Shown piece by piece: positions 49,290 through 62,800 of a DNA stretch of 64,000 nt (positions within the stretch are counted from its first letter, which is position 1; each line of letters starts with the position of its first letter). The stretch comes from the human T2T-CHM13v2.0 reference genome, Homo sapiens. The notes under the pieces were generated by a model, which worked only from the letters and a program-made list of their open reading frames with translations, was not told the DNA's origin and made no database searches. The position numbers were made by a program, and so were the translations under genes. The stretch lies in assembly GCF_009914755.1 (NCBI RefSeq), contig NC_060929.1; one strand, written 5' to 3'.

Positions 49290-51460
49290 ATATATTTTTT
49301 ATTTTAAAACAATTTTGAAGCTATAGAAAAACTGCTAGGATGCTGCAGAGAGCTGGTATACTCCTGGCACTCAGGATTCCCCTACTGCTAACCTCTTACA
49401 TTCATTCGCTGGATGTGTCCTAATTAGTGAGCCAATATTGACACGCTGCCATTAACAAAAGTCCGTAGCCCATTCACATTCCCCTGGTTTTCACCTCATG
49501 TCCCTTTTCTGCCTGAGGACCCTGTGCAGGATCCCATGTGACACGTCGTGGTCACGCCTCCTTAGGCTCTTCGTGGCAGTGACAGTTTATCAGGCTTTCC
49601 TTGTTTTTGATGATTGTGAGTAGTACTGGTCAGGTGTTTTGTAGAATGGTCTTCAAATAAGATTTGTCTGATGTTTCTTCATGATTAGACTAGAGGTAAG
49701 TGTTTTCGGGGGGAACACCCGAGAGGCGAGTGCCAGTTTCACTACGTCTCATCATCCGAGGAGAAGTCCAGCGTCGCTTCCGCCTCTGTCCCCCTAATGG
49801 TGAGGCGTTTTCCCCTCTGGCTTCTTTCACCATTTTCTCTCTGTCTTTGGCTTTCTGTCATTTGAATATGATATACCAAGGTGTAGATTTCTTGGGATTT
49901 ATTTTGTTGATCTCTGAGCTTCCTGGATCTGGATCTGTGGTTTGGTGTCTTTCATTAGTTATGGACTGTTCTCAGCCATTATTACTTCAAATATTTCTTC
50001 TCCCTTCTCTCTTTCTTCTCCTTCTGGTATTGTAATTATGCATGTGCTACACTTTTTACAATTCTTCTGCAATTCTCGGATGTCCTGAATTTTCCCCATT
50101 CTTGTCTCTCTTCTTAAACTGAAGTTTGGGACATTTCTGTTGGCCTATTGTCAAATGCACTAATACATTTTCAGCTTTGTCCCATCTACTGATGAGCCCA
50201 GAAAAGGCCTTCTTTGGTTCTGTTACAGCTGATTCCTGCCTTTCCTTATGATTCTTTCTTAGAGCTTTCACCTGTTCCTGCATGCCGTCCACTCTTCCAT
50301 GAGAGCCTTTAACATATTACTTTACATTCCCTGCCTGGTAATTCCAAAACCTCTGCCACATCTGAGTATTGTTCAGATGATTGTGTTTGCTCTTCAGTTT
50401 TTTCTTACCTTTTGGCATGGCTTGCAATATTTTGTTGAAAGCCATACGTGATGCATTGAGTAATAGGAAGGGTGGAAAGTGGGGATTTAGATTGAAGTTT
50501 TATTTTAATCTGGCTAGAGTTAGGCCACGTGTAATATTTTCCATAGCTCTAGGTGCCAGAGACTTCAAATTCCCCTAATGTCCTTGCGTGTGTCTCCTCT
50601 TTTGACTTTGGACTTCCCTAGGTCCTCCTCTTTAAATAGAATCCATATCTGGTAGCTCACTCAGCTGTAATCCACTGCAACCTGGTCATAATAGAACCCT
50701 GGTTGTGTGGTAGTCAGGTGTGTGGGAAGGGAGCATGCTACAATCTTATAATGAAGTCTCTGCCTTTCACTGGGTCTGCCTCTTGGCCTGTGACCTTCAC
50801 TAGTGTTTTTTCAGTGGCATAGGGTCCCCCACTGTGGTGAGACAGGAAAGCTCCAGGGAGCTGGAGTGGGAGGAGTGCCTTTTGTCCAAGTGGGATAAGG
50901 CCCTGGTAAGGTCTGTTTGCCTTGGAAAGGCGGTTGCTGTGGCAAATGCCCTGGCTGTGCTCCACAATGATTACTCCTCTCCTTCTCTGCCAGACCCAGA
51001 GGAGGTCTTTTTGGATCTTTGAGAACCCAGCGGGGTTCCTGAAAGTAAAACCCATAAATGTGAGAGCCCCAGGACTGCAGCTCCAGGGAGATGCTCACCC
51101 TCACATGGCCCATGCCCAGCCTCTGCCACCTCCTCAAAGCCATCATTATGCTCACCTTCACGTGGCCCATGCCCACCCTCTGCCATCTCCTCAAAGCCAT
51201 CATTATGCTCACCTTCACATGGCCCAGGCCTGGCCTCTGCCACTTCCTCAAAGCCATCATTTACATGTGTGCACTAGTTTCTGGGTCCAGTGGCTTTGGC
51301 TTTAGGTAGGCAGATCTCAGCTGTGATACTCTGTGTTCACCTGTTTCTCCAGGTGTCAGGTGGCACTCTGCCCTTTGACCTTGGTTCTTTCATGGGTCCA
51401 AGACAAATTGATGATTCTCACTTAGTGGTTTCCAAGCTCTTTACGTGTTGGAGCTGAAGG
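49290..51460 (-). mobile_element. L1MC/L1MD-type fragments
   Basis: L1MC-like 3' end at 49290-49760 (gtcacgcctccttaggctc..., agtactggtcagg) followed by L1 5'/ORF1-like sequence. Confidence 0.65.
51091..51261. repeat. 57-bp tandem repeat x3
   Basis: atgctcacc(c/t)tcacatggccc...ctcaaagccatcatt at 51091, 51148, 51205. Confidence 0.9.
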
Positions 51461-52829
51461 GAAAGTTCATCCCAGAATTTTGGCCAATGTTCTGGAAAAC
51501 GAGCCCCCTCCCAGCTCAGCTGGCCCCTTCCCTGTGAATTCCTAATGGTCAGCTCCTGAGGAGAGGGAGGAAGCCCAGAGGCTGCCAGCCCCTTCCCACA
51601 GGCCCCGCTCCCACCCCCTGCATTCCCTGGGCAGAGTCAGGGACACGGGCTCTTCCCACAGGCTTCCTTGAGGAGTCCTCGTTCAGACACCGTGACTGGG
51701 GCTGAGCTACACGTGTGCACTGCTGTCCTGGCATGACCCTGACCCCTGGGTGGGCTCATGTGGCCCTGGGAGAGCTGGCGGCAGGACAGGAGAGGTCTTG
51801 GCCACCCCCCACCTCCCTCCCCTGGCTGTTCCCCAGCACTGCTGTTGACTTTTCCACATCTCCTGGTGTCTCCTCCACACACGGGCCCTTCTGACCTGCA
51901 GCCTGGGCCAGAGCTGACCCTGCACCTGCGCTTCCCAGGGCCTCGGCTGTGGCTGTGGGTAGCTGTGGGAATGATCCTCTTCCCAAGGTCCCAGGCAAGT
52001 GGTGGGAAAGACCCTGCCCCTGTAGGGCCTCCCTGAACCTGGTGCCCCTGAGTCCGGAGCACAGGCCCCCTGCCCTGGACGTCCTGTGGAGAAGCCGAGG
52101 GCGGTTCCACCTGCTTTCTGGGGTCCAGAGTCTGCCCCCCCGAGTCTTTGCCCTGCAAAGGTCAGGCGGCTCCGCCTTGTATGCCCACTCTGTCTTCGTG
52201 GTCACTCCCTCAGCCCCTGTTCTCATTTGCCTGTTCCCCTCTAAACATGGGCAGGGAACCAGAGACTGTCACTCACACTCAGCACAGACACCTGGGCAGG
52301 GCGCTGGGGCCTCTTTAGGGCAGGAGCTGAGACACCCCTGATGGCAGTGGCCCTCCTGTCCAGTGAACACAGGCCCCGGGCTGGGAGCACAGGGGGCTCC
52401 GGGAGGACAGCCCTGTGGCTCTGAGCATGCAGAATGTACCACAGGGGCAGGCGTCCTTGAGCCAGGACAGGCCTGCAGGGTCTCTGCACAGGGAACGGGC
52501 ACACATCCTGGGCACGAGTGGAGGTTTGAGTCTCACAGGCCATACCAGGGAGCAAAATGTTCAGTGCAAGGCAGAGTTCGTCTCCCAGCCAGGGCCCCCT
52601 AAGCCAACTTAGAGAGCCTGCGGCTGGCCTGGCAGCTCCTGAGTCTGGGGTTACAAGCCTAGGCCTGAGTGTCAAGTGCGGAGGCCACAGGACACGGGGG
52701 CTGCTGGCCCCTGAAACTGCCACTCAGTAGCAGGTTCTACAAGTGCAAACAGAGGCCGGGGTGGGAAGAGGCAGGAGGGGGAAGAAAAGGCAAAATGCTT
52801 CAGCAACACCCTTTACGTTTTGCTTACAT

Positions 52830-52965
52830 GCTGGAATAATATTTGTTACATTGGGTTAAACAACACATATTACAATTAATACCTGTTTCTTTTTTCTCAG
52901 TGTTACTTAGCTACTAGAAAATGTAAAATTTCATATGTAGCTGGCAGTGCATATTCCACTGGATG
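52830..52965 (-). mobile_element. MER33-like hAT fragment
   Basis: ttgggttaaa...cctgtttcttttt...gctactagaaaatgtaaaatt..catatgt. Confidence 0.5.
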
Positions 52966-54011
52966 AATCCTAGTGCAGCAGAAACACCATCTGGGCAGCA
53001 TCGAATCCCCCTCACCTGTGATCCTGTGGGTGAAGGGACACGGCAGGAAGGAAGCACGGAGGCTTTGCTGAGGGTGTGCAGTCCCTCGTGGAAACTCCTG
53101 GCACAAGTTCACTAAAATGCAAGCGCTATGTGCACTTTCATAAGAACGTGTACCTTGAGGCAAGCCTGGCCGGCAGGGAGTGTGCACACGCTTTCCCCTG
53201 CAGTGTGTGCAGGGCAGTCAGATAAGCAGGGCCCACAAGCACGCGGCCTTGCTGAGAGGCTCCAAGGAAGGGAACCCAAGGGGAGCCCACACCCAGGGCC
53301 GCTGACTCCATCCCAGGCTCGCAAGACTCAAGTGGGGTGACTAGGAGAGAAGGCAGGCACCCCCAGCCAAGTCCTCTCATGTTCTCTGATGAGTTAGAGA
53401 TGCTCTCGGGTTGTGAGACCCTGAGGTTGCCGTCATGGAGGGTCTTTGAGAACATGTGGCTGAGGTGGAGAGAGTGCTGGCCTGGCTCGCAAGCCTGAGC
53501 TAGATGGGTCCCCCAAAGAGAGCCCATACCCTGGAGGACCCTCGCCCCGCTCCACAGGGTGAGTCAGGGGACATGTGTGGGAAGCAGAGGCCCAGACTGT
53601 AGGATAAAGTAAAAAGTAAAAATGCAACACACACCACACACACACACACACAACAACTCGACCTCGCACGGCACAGGGCTGGCCCTCGACTCAAAAGAGC
53701 AAAAAACGTAGATGGGCTGTGCCAGAGTACCAGCACCCACAGCAGAAGGAGCTTAAAATTAATTCCTTCATCCATTCGGTAACAGCTGATGACACGGAAA
53801 AGAGATGCAAAGTCATGCTTTGGTGGAGATGACACGCTCCACATCAGAAAACTCAGACAATAGACAGGAGCTCCATCCACACCATCAGTCAGGAGTGACG
53901 TGGTAGAGGGAGGGCAGACAGTGAATAGGTCTCTCGGTAAAGTTTTATGATGTTTTCCTCAATTGTTCTGTGCATCTTTTATTTGATTTTTAAACTGTAA
54001 ATGCTTTTGTC

Positions 54012-54297
54012 AGCTGGGCGCGGTGGCTTACACCTGTAATCCCAGCACTTTGGGAGTCCAAAGCAGGCAGATCACGAGGTCAAGAGTTCGAGACGAGCCT
54101 GGCCAACATGGTGAAACCCCATCTCCCACTAAAAATACAAAAATTAGCTGGGTGTGGTGGTGGGTGCCTATCACAGGAGGCTGCGGCAGGAGAATCGTTT
54201 GAACCTGGGAAGCGGAGGTTGCAGTGAGCTGAGATTGTGCCACTGCACTCCAGGCTGGGTGACAGAGCGAGACCCCATCTCAAAAAAAAAAAAAAAA
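54012..54297 (+). mobile_element. Alu (AluS-type)
   Basis: Alu consensus with long A tail. Confidence 0.95.
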
Positions 54298-54340
54298 GGC
54301 TTTTTTTCTGGATGATGGAATTATGATTGATTGATTGTGA

Positions 54341-54671
<331 letters not shown>

Positions 54672-55011
54672 GCTACTTTTTATTATATCTAATAATATAC
54701 ATGTAAATCCTTTTAAATTTCTATGTTTATCTCTTGTTTCTTATCTGTGTTATTTTCTTTTCATTTTGTTCATTTTCTCCCTAACTCTTATAACTATACT
54801 GCTGTAGTCGTTATCGAGCTCCCTCGACAACCACGTTAATTCCTCAGGAGGGCCTCACCTCTTAACATGTCTGCCTCCACTCTGCACCTCATCTGGAAAA
54901 TGGCAATTAAGTTTCAACATGAGTTTTGGGAGAGACATTCTAACCACAGCAAATACCATTTGTGAAGAACGTTTCTCTTTTATTCCAGATATTGTTTCAT
55001 TATCCTCTGTG

Positions 55012-55495
55012 AGTGTCTCTCTCTCTGTCTTTGTCTCTCTCTGTCTCTGTCTCTCTGTTTTCGTATGTCTCTGTCTCTGCTTCTGTCTGTCTTTCTCTGT
55101 CTCTCTGTTTCTCTATGTCTCTCTCTCTGTTTCTCTGTATTTCTCTGTCTCTGTCTGTTTCCCTATGTCTCTGTCTGTTTCTCTCTGTCTTTCTCTGTCT
55201 CTCTGTTTCTCTATGTCTTTCTCTCTGTTTCTCTCTGTATTTCTCTGTCTCTGTCTGTTTCCCTATGTCTCTGTCTCTGTTTCTCTCTGTCTTTCTCTCT
55301 CTGTTTCTCTATGTCTCTGTTTCTCTCTGTATTTCTCTGTCTGTTTCCCTATGTCTCTGTCTCTGTTTCTCTCTTTCTCTGTTTCTCTATGTCTCTCTCT
55401 GTATTTCTCTGTCTGTTTCCCTACGTCTCTGACTTTGCTTCTCTCTGTCTTTGTCTGTCTCTCTGACCCTGTCTCTGTCTCTCAGTCTCTCCCTC
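55012..55495. repeat. (TC/TG)-rich low-complexity polypyrimidine tract
   Basis: tctctg/tttctc repeats with recurring tttccctatgtctctg blocks. Confidence 0.95.
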
Positions 55496-57940
55496 CTATG
55501 AGTGACAGCCATAGCCTCTCTTAGAATGCTAAATGGAAGCGTTGTTAGAAGGCCTGTCTACTGTGTTCTGGTCTGACGGGGACAGTTTCTCTGTCTCGCC
55601 ATTTAGTGCCGTACTGTATTTGCTGAAGGTTTTTTGAAGACCCTTTGTCCAGTTAAGGAAATGCCTTTCTATGCTTAGCCTGCTGAGAACCTTTTCATGA
55701 CTGGCTGTTGAATGTTCCCAGATGCTGTTCTGCATTTGCTAAGGTGGCCACGCGGTTTTCTTCCTGACTTTGCTAGCGTGAGCTCCAGGAAGGCGGGCCT
55801 GTCCGTGTTCACCGCTGAGCCCGCCCGGAAGGCACCGTTTACGAAGCACCTTGCACATCCGGCTCCATTCTGCACCCTGGCTTCCTCATCTGGAAAATGG
55901 GTCCATCTCGGTGATCTGGGCTGGAGACCTCGGACTCAGGGCAGTGCCAGCTGGGCCCCAAGTGGAGGTGACAGCTGGGGACCAGAAGGGGCTACCGCAT
56001 AGCCGGGGAGTGAGGGGCTGGTGCTGGCCAAGGCGCCTCTGACTGACCTCTGCTCTCTCGCCAAGTACCCAGGAGATGTCCCAGAAAGAACGGCAGCTCC
56101 ACTGAGATCTTGAACCTCAGAGACCCCCTCCCAGGGCTCTGACACGCGGCGTCTACGGGGTCTTCAACTCACCCGTGAAGACCCGGCACCCTCTGAGGGC
56201 AACTCCACCCCACCTTGCAGTCCCACAGCAGCTGAAGCCCAGCAGGGCTGGGGGCTGAAGACCCTCCAGCATGGCTCAGGACCTCGGAAGGGCCAGGGGA
56301 GGCGGGCTCCCTGCAGGAGATGCCGGCACTCCCCAAAGGACTCTTCAGGGTTGGGGGCGGACGTGAAGGGAGGAAACCCACTCACCCTACTTGAATTCTG
56401 AACACGCACATGGATCTCGGTTCCACCTCCCTTTACAGTCTATTTAGGTCCTGCTCTACCTTGGAGTTCTGATGCCCATGAGTGGGGCAGAAATTCCCAG
56501 CATCATGGCAGGGAAAGTCGGTGGGGCTCAAAGCTCCAGCCAAGAATGGCTCTGCATCTGCCTGGTTCTCTCTTCAATCGGGGCTTCTGTGGCCAGGACA
56601 CTGGCATTTCATAAATAATTACACATTCCTTAAACTCTCACAAAGCCAAGAGGAAACAAAACCGCAATGCTGAGATTCCTGGAATGTTTTCCAGTTATCT
56701 GGGCCAAGCAGAGGCCCAGTGGGGGCTGTGCAGCGCGCTTAGCCTGGGACTGGGCCGTAGTCCCCTTTCTTGTGGCATTTTAGCTAAAAGACCTGAAAGG
56801 AAAATGAAAGGCGCTTTATGACTGTGGTGTTCGTCAGGGTCCCCAGACAATGGGGGAAGCCCATCCAATCCTCAGAGCTGGCTCGGGGCAGCCCCATGGA
56901 TCTGTGCCCTGGGACTGACCTCGGGGCCAAGAGAACCCTCAAAGGCTGAGGTCACCCCGCCAGGGTCGGTTTAGGTGTGGCGCCTCCTCTGGACGCCCCT
57001 GGGATTGCCTGCGCGCCCGGCCCGGAGCTCCTGTTCCAAGCAGGGAGCATCCCTGGACCGTGCCCTCGTTCCTTTGAGGTTTTCTGTGGCACGCACCACA
57101 GTTTAATGCGACTCACCCCAGCCATGCTGGGGCTGGTTTCCTGTTACAAACACAGGCTTAGTTTTAAGATCAAACAACTGTTTGGGTTGTGGTCTGACCT
57201 CGCAGGGGATGTGGCTCAGGGCCTGGTGCAGCCTGGCCAAGGGGTGACGTCCGGTCATGCTGGCTTCATTCCCTGAGCACCGCAGCCTTCTCTGTGTCCC
57301 CTGTCCCTGCCCACCTGGCCTCCTCAAGCGTCTGTCCAGCCCAGCCCAGGTTGCGCTCAGCAGTGGCTCACTGGCCCCTCTGCCATCCTTGCCACCGATG
57401 CCCAGCCTTATTTATTTGGGGTATTTCTGGGCCATTCCACCCACTCCTCTTGAGGGCACCCAGCATGTCCCTTGCCCTGTGTGGTCGGCGCGCATCTCTG
57501 AAGTGCGGGAAGCAGGAAGCAAGGCCTGCTGATGGGAAGGACCCACGGCTCTGGCTAGAATGGCTTTGGCCCTAAGCCAAAGCTGAGGGTGTGGGGAAGC
57601 AGGAAATCCAGTGTGGAAGCCATTTTGGACGTCAAATCAGTGGGTCAGGGACTGCTCACACAGGGTCGTCTTCTTGTGACTTTTCAGGGACTTGCTTTTA
57701 CCCCCCTTCTCTGGTGAGCTTTCTAGACAAGGCTGCGACATGACATTCTCATTCTGTTTGGAGCAGGATGAAGGGTTCGTGCGTAACACTATGAGGCGTG
57801 GACGGGGCTGAGAACTGGCGCACGGCTGCCACCTGCTGTGGTGGTGACCACCGGGAGTCTCCCTCGCAGGCTGTCTGGCTCAAAAGGTGACAAAGTTCCA
57901 GCCACGGGGCCCCTGCTCAGCCCTGAGGACACCCACACTG

Positions 57941-58122
57941 GCACAGGGGACACTGCGGCAGTCAGGGAAGGGCACCTCCCCACGCTGGCACAGGGTCTCA
58001 GCACAGGGGACACTGCGGCACTCAGGGAAGGGCACCTCCCCACGCTGGCACAGGGTCTCAGCACAGGGGACACTGCGGCACTCAGGGAAGGGCACCTCCC
58101 CACACTGGCACAGGGTCTCAGC
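57941..58122. repeat. 60-bp VNTR x3
   Basis: gcacaggggacactgcggca(g/c)tcagggaagggcacctccccac(g/a)ctggcacagggtctca at 57941, 58001, 58061. Confidence 0.95.
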
Positions 58123-59243
58123 GAGAGACTACGGCATTTGGGGAAGGGCCATTTTGTCATTGACTGGAACTTTCTCAAGAAAGCATTTTCCACTTGCGTT
58201 TCCATGGAGGTCGGCTTTGCTGGAAACCACAGGACCCTGCCCTCCACCAGACACACAGTGTGCAGAGGCGTGTACCCGAAAAGCAAAGTGCGGCCTCACA
58301 CGGTTCTTTAATCTGGAGCCGGACTCCTGGGAAACAAACCAAACAGACGCAGGTACGTGCTCAGCTCTGCCGTTGCGGTTTGGTTCAGGACTAGGGCCGT
58401 GCAGATGCCTGGCAACAGCCGTGCCTGGGGGAGGATGTGGCGCTGGGAGCCCGCAGGCCGGGAGCAGGCGCCGGGGGAGCTTCGGCGGTTCTGGAGGGAC
58501 TGGGTGTTCCCGCCAAGGCGTTGCTGGCCAGGGGCACAAAAAACAGCGCGGATGGGAAACGGAGCAGCCGCACTCTGTCCGATGAGTCCACACGTGGGCG
58601 GCTGCGTTCAGTGCTCCCTGGCACGGGGACCCCAAGCCGTAAGCCGGACACCACGTTCCCAAAGCCAGGAGGGTCATGACATGTGCGTGCGGTGTCCAAA
58701 GGCCAAACCAAGGTTGCGGTCCCTGCCAAGTAGGCAGTGATTCACACCTGGGGAAGCGATGTGATTGGCCTTCTTCTATTCAAATAATGTAAGCATAAGG
58801 GACAGAGAACGCCAGTGCTTGCGCTTGACAAATCTCTGGGCATTTTGCCAAGGGCCGAGCTCGGCTCCCCACCCCCAGCCCTGCCCCCCACGTGACAAGG
58901 CCCCATCGGCCCCCAAGTCCATCTGAGCTCACACTCACGCAACAGGCAAGCCTCCTTCCAAACGAGTACCCTTTCCAAAGCCCAAGTGGCCACTCCCCCA
59001 CCATGGGGCTGGGACAGAGATGACCGTAGACCTCAAGCCGCTATGGGGACTTGGGTCACAAGGTGCCGCAATGCCCGGGTGCCCCCTGTGCCTCAGTTTC
59101 CCCATGTGGGAAATGACTCCATATTGGCAATGTGAGGCATCGAATATCTGAGACTTGGGCAGCGTCTCGTTGCCAAGTCAGGGCACTGCCAGCCGGGCCC
59201 AAATTCAAGGCGACGGCCGAGGCTTGAGGCACCACGGCCCCAG

Positions 59244-59300
59244 TGGTCAGCGGGGGGTCAGCGGGGGGTCAGCGGGGGGTCAGCGGGGCGGTCAGCGGGG
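59244..59300. repeat. 11-bp G-rich repeat (cagcggggggt) x~5
   Basis: Direct reading. Confidence 0.9.
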
Positions 59301-59677
59301 CCGCCATAAGATGGTGGGGCCGGTGGGGGGTTTCAGAGGCAGCTCTTCCCCTCACACTCCGATGCCGCGGAGAGAGCCCAGGGCTGCAGGTGGGGAAGGG
59401 CGTGCCTGCGTCTCCGATGGAGGTGACCTCTGGGGCTCTCCTGCTTGCTGCCCAGGTCGGACGTCCCTCTGCTGGCCCATCTCCTGCGCCACACCCACCA
59501 TTCCCTTCTCACCCCCTGAAGCTCCCTCGTCCTCACAAAAGCAGCAGGGCCACTTATGCGCCGTCCTGTTTTTCTGGACACCATGACCAGGATGGGACAG
59601 GACTCGTGAACCCACACGTGAGATCACACTAAGATCCTAAAGGCTTTGCGCTTCTCCAGAGCGGCTGCTGTCTCATG

Positions 59678-59892
59678 CACACCCGGCCTGGTGTGCCCGC
59701 CCCACCCAGTGTGCCCATCCTGCCCAGTGAGTGTCCCCCCCGTGTGCCTGCCCTGCGTGGTGAGGGCCCCCCTCCCAGTGAGTGTCCCCCGCCCGGTGTG
59801 CCTGCCCTGCCCGGTGTGCCTGCCCTCCCGGTGTGCCCTCCCACTGGGTGTGTGCCCGCCTGGTGTGCCCTCCCCACCCCACCCCACCTGGT
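59678..59892. repeat. C-rich degenerate repeat (ccggtgtgcc(t)gccc / cccagtgagtgtcccc)
   Basis: Direct reading; G-rich minus strand with G4 potential. Confidence 0.75.
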
Positions 59893-62800
59893 ATGAGCGC
59901 CCAGGTCAGCCGGGCTGCAGGATTCTCAGGGAGTCCAGGCAGCCGCCCCAGCCCCTGGCAACCCCTTCTCAGCAGGCTGGACCCAGAGCCTCACAGGGGC
60001 GTCCCCAGCACTTCCTGCCCCTGGGGTTCCTCTTCCCTGATTCACCTGAACCCAGACCGCACGTGGCAGACACGTTCCTGCCCAGACCCGGACGCCTCCA
60101 TCTGCTTGGACCACTGGCTTCCCTCACGCTTTGACCGTCAGAACAGACAGGTGGTTTCTTTTAAACCTGGGCCACCCCGTTTTGCCCTGTAAATGCTGTT
60201 ATTTTTAAAGCAACTGAATAATGTGATTTTCCTGCTTTGCTTCACGCCAGCCCTGGGCTGCGACTCTGCTGCTGCCTGCCCTTGCCCTGCCACTCCTGCA
60301 GAGGCCTCCTCCCCACCCACAACTCACAGTGGCCACATGGGCTGGGCTTCTCACCTCGGCCACCTCCTCCCATGTCACCCATGTGATGATGACGGAGGGC
60401 CCAGGGGTGCCAGGACTCAGAGCCGGAGCCTCTGCCCTAGTGCCTGGCTCTGCGTGGGAGGTGGGGTGGCCAAGCTTCAGCTGTCTTCTCAGTGGGCCTT
60501 TGACACCACTTTGTATCTTCCTATTAAAAATGTGTGCAATGCTGTAATGGAGGGGGGCCTTTCCGTCACCTTGGTGCCAGCACACACTCCACCCTCCAGG
60601 GAGGCCACAGGATCTGGTGAGGACAAGGCGCCCTCCACGGCAGCACAGCTGCCACAGCTTCCAGGGAGATCCCTGGGGGCCCACCGTGGGACCACTTGCC
60701 AAGCTGCTCCCCCTTCTCCGTCTCTTTCCTGACCTGCTTCGTCCTCTGGAACCCAGCCAGGCTGCTCTCCTCAGCAGCCTTCACACACGGGCGTGGCCAT
60801 GAGGCCACTGTCCTTCCAGAGAATCCAGGGGACGGGAGGTGAGCCACTCCCGACGGGCGAAAGAGTCTTCCTGCGTGTCCCTCTGGGACCTGTGGGCCAG
60901 CTGGTGGGGAGACAACAGCCCCAGAGACCGTGAAGCCTCTGCCACGGCGGGTCTGCGTGAAGGATGTCCTTCCTGGTGGTCCACACTGCCGCAGAAAAAT
61001 GACCCCCAAACTCAACGGGGTTCTGAAGGGCTTGGCTGGGTGGGTCTGGCTCAGCTGAGCAGCTGTCCCAGGCCATGGCTCTGAAGCCTCCACAGGGCTG
61101 GAGGGGCAGGTCCAAGCTCACCCCCAGTGCTGGCAGGTCGCGGCTCCTCGTGGCTGTGGGCCGGACGTCTCCTCACCATGAGGGCCTCTCCACGCAGGGC
61201 CCCGCACGCAGTGGCTGGCTTCCTTCAGGACGAGTGACCCAAGGCAGACAGAGTGACCCAGAGGGAAGCCACAGGGTCCTTCAGGCCCTGGACTCAGGAG
61301 TGGCATCCACTTGTGCTCTGGTCACATGGACACACCTGGCCCGGCATGGGAGGACGACACACAGCTTTGAGTACCTCCTTGTCTCTGGGCCGTCCCGGGC
61401 CCTCAGGCCCCAGAGATTCTGTGATTCTCCCAGCAAAATGCAGCCACTCCTCCCAAGGCCCCCAGAGTCTGCTGCCGTGTGAGGGCTCTATTGGCCCCAG
61501 GAGACTTTTCGAGGGTCCTGCACAGCTGCTGGCAGGCTTTGGTCCTTGCGGGCTGTTGTCTGGAGTCCCGTGCACCTCGGGAGATCGCTCTGTTCTCGCG
61601 TCGCCTGAGTTCCCACGGCATGGCTGCTGGCTTCACCCAAGCCCGTGACCCAGGAGACAGAGCAACCAGGAGGGAGACCTGGCATGTCCAGCCCAGTTTC
61701 GGAAGTGACCCATCTGCACTCTGCCGCATGCTGTCGGCCGCACAGACTCACCTGGGACTACGTGGAAGAAACCGCAAGGGCGTGAGTGCCAGGAAGCCAG
61801 GCTCACCAGGCAGAGCCGTTGCATGAGCAGGACACAAACCTCCGTTGTGTCAGGATCTTTCCATCCCAGGGACCACTTCTTGCCGCAGATTAGCCCTTCC
61901 CACAGACACAGAGACTGGAACCTTCATGCAGGGTGTGGCCAAAATATATTTCTACAGCATAGTTACACTGGGGAGGAAACAGACAGGGCAGGTGGAGACT
62001 GGGGGCCCTGCCAGGGGCCAGGGTCTGCGGGAATGAGGGGGCAGACCACCCCCACCGAGCCCAGATGCCAGGGAAGGAGCCTGGCCAGAAAGATCCAGAA
62101 GGACTCAGTGTCTGGCGGCCCTCGCTGCTCCCCATTCTTTGAGGCCGTTGTTCCCAGATGGGATGTCGGATGCGTCTCTGGCCCGGGCCCCTGGTGAAAT
62201 GTGATGGAGGGGTGTGGATGGAGCGTGGTGGACACAGCAAGAGCCTGGCCAGGCATCCCTGGGGCAGGACAGCATCAGCCGGGGAGCGGGGTCTAGCCCC
62301 AGCCGCCTGGCACAGAGTGGCGCCCAATTCTAGAGCTTGAATGAAAGAGGGAATTCAGGAAGACGCTTACACCAGCCAGGCCCCGGGGCACTCAGGACGG
62401 TAGCATCACGGGGTGCCAAAGTCTGCAAAGGTGACAGAGGACGTGGGGCCTCGGCAGGGCTGCCTCCACTTCCCCAAGCACACGGAAGACAGGCAGGGTG
62501 GACGGGGGTGACCCGGCCTGGGACCTGGGCTGTACCTTAGACCTCAGTTCCCCTCCACATGGAAGCAGCACCAAGACCCACAAGCCCTCGCTGTGGGGAC
62601 CCCCGGCCTCACCCACCACCGTCCACATGGCCCCCACACCCACGGCGTTCATCTGGGCCACAAGAAGTGTTCCTCCAGGGCACGGCCCACCCAGGCCCAC
62701 CCTTGGAGCTTCCCTGGTATGGACTGGCTGGGCTGGCAGAATGGGTCAGGGTGCCAGGCAGACTCTCAGGGACTTGAAGCGAGGACAGAAAATACTCCCC

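Noticed and set aside
54919-55524. 201/139/133-aa Ser/Leu/Val/Cys ORFs
   Set aside because: Translation of the TC-rich tract; open in all three frames
57789-58677. 157-232-aa overlapping ORFs
   Set aside because: Kept open by the in-frame 60-bp VNTR and high GC on both strands; no protein-like features
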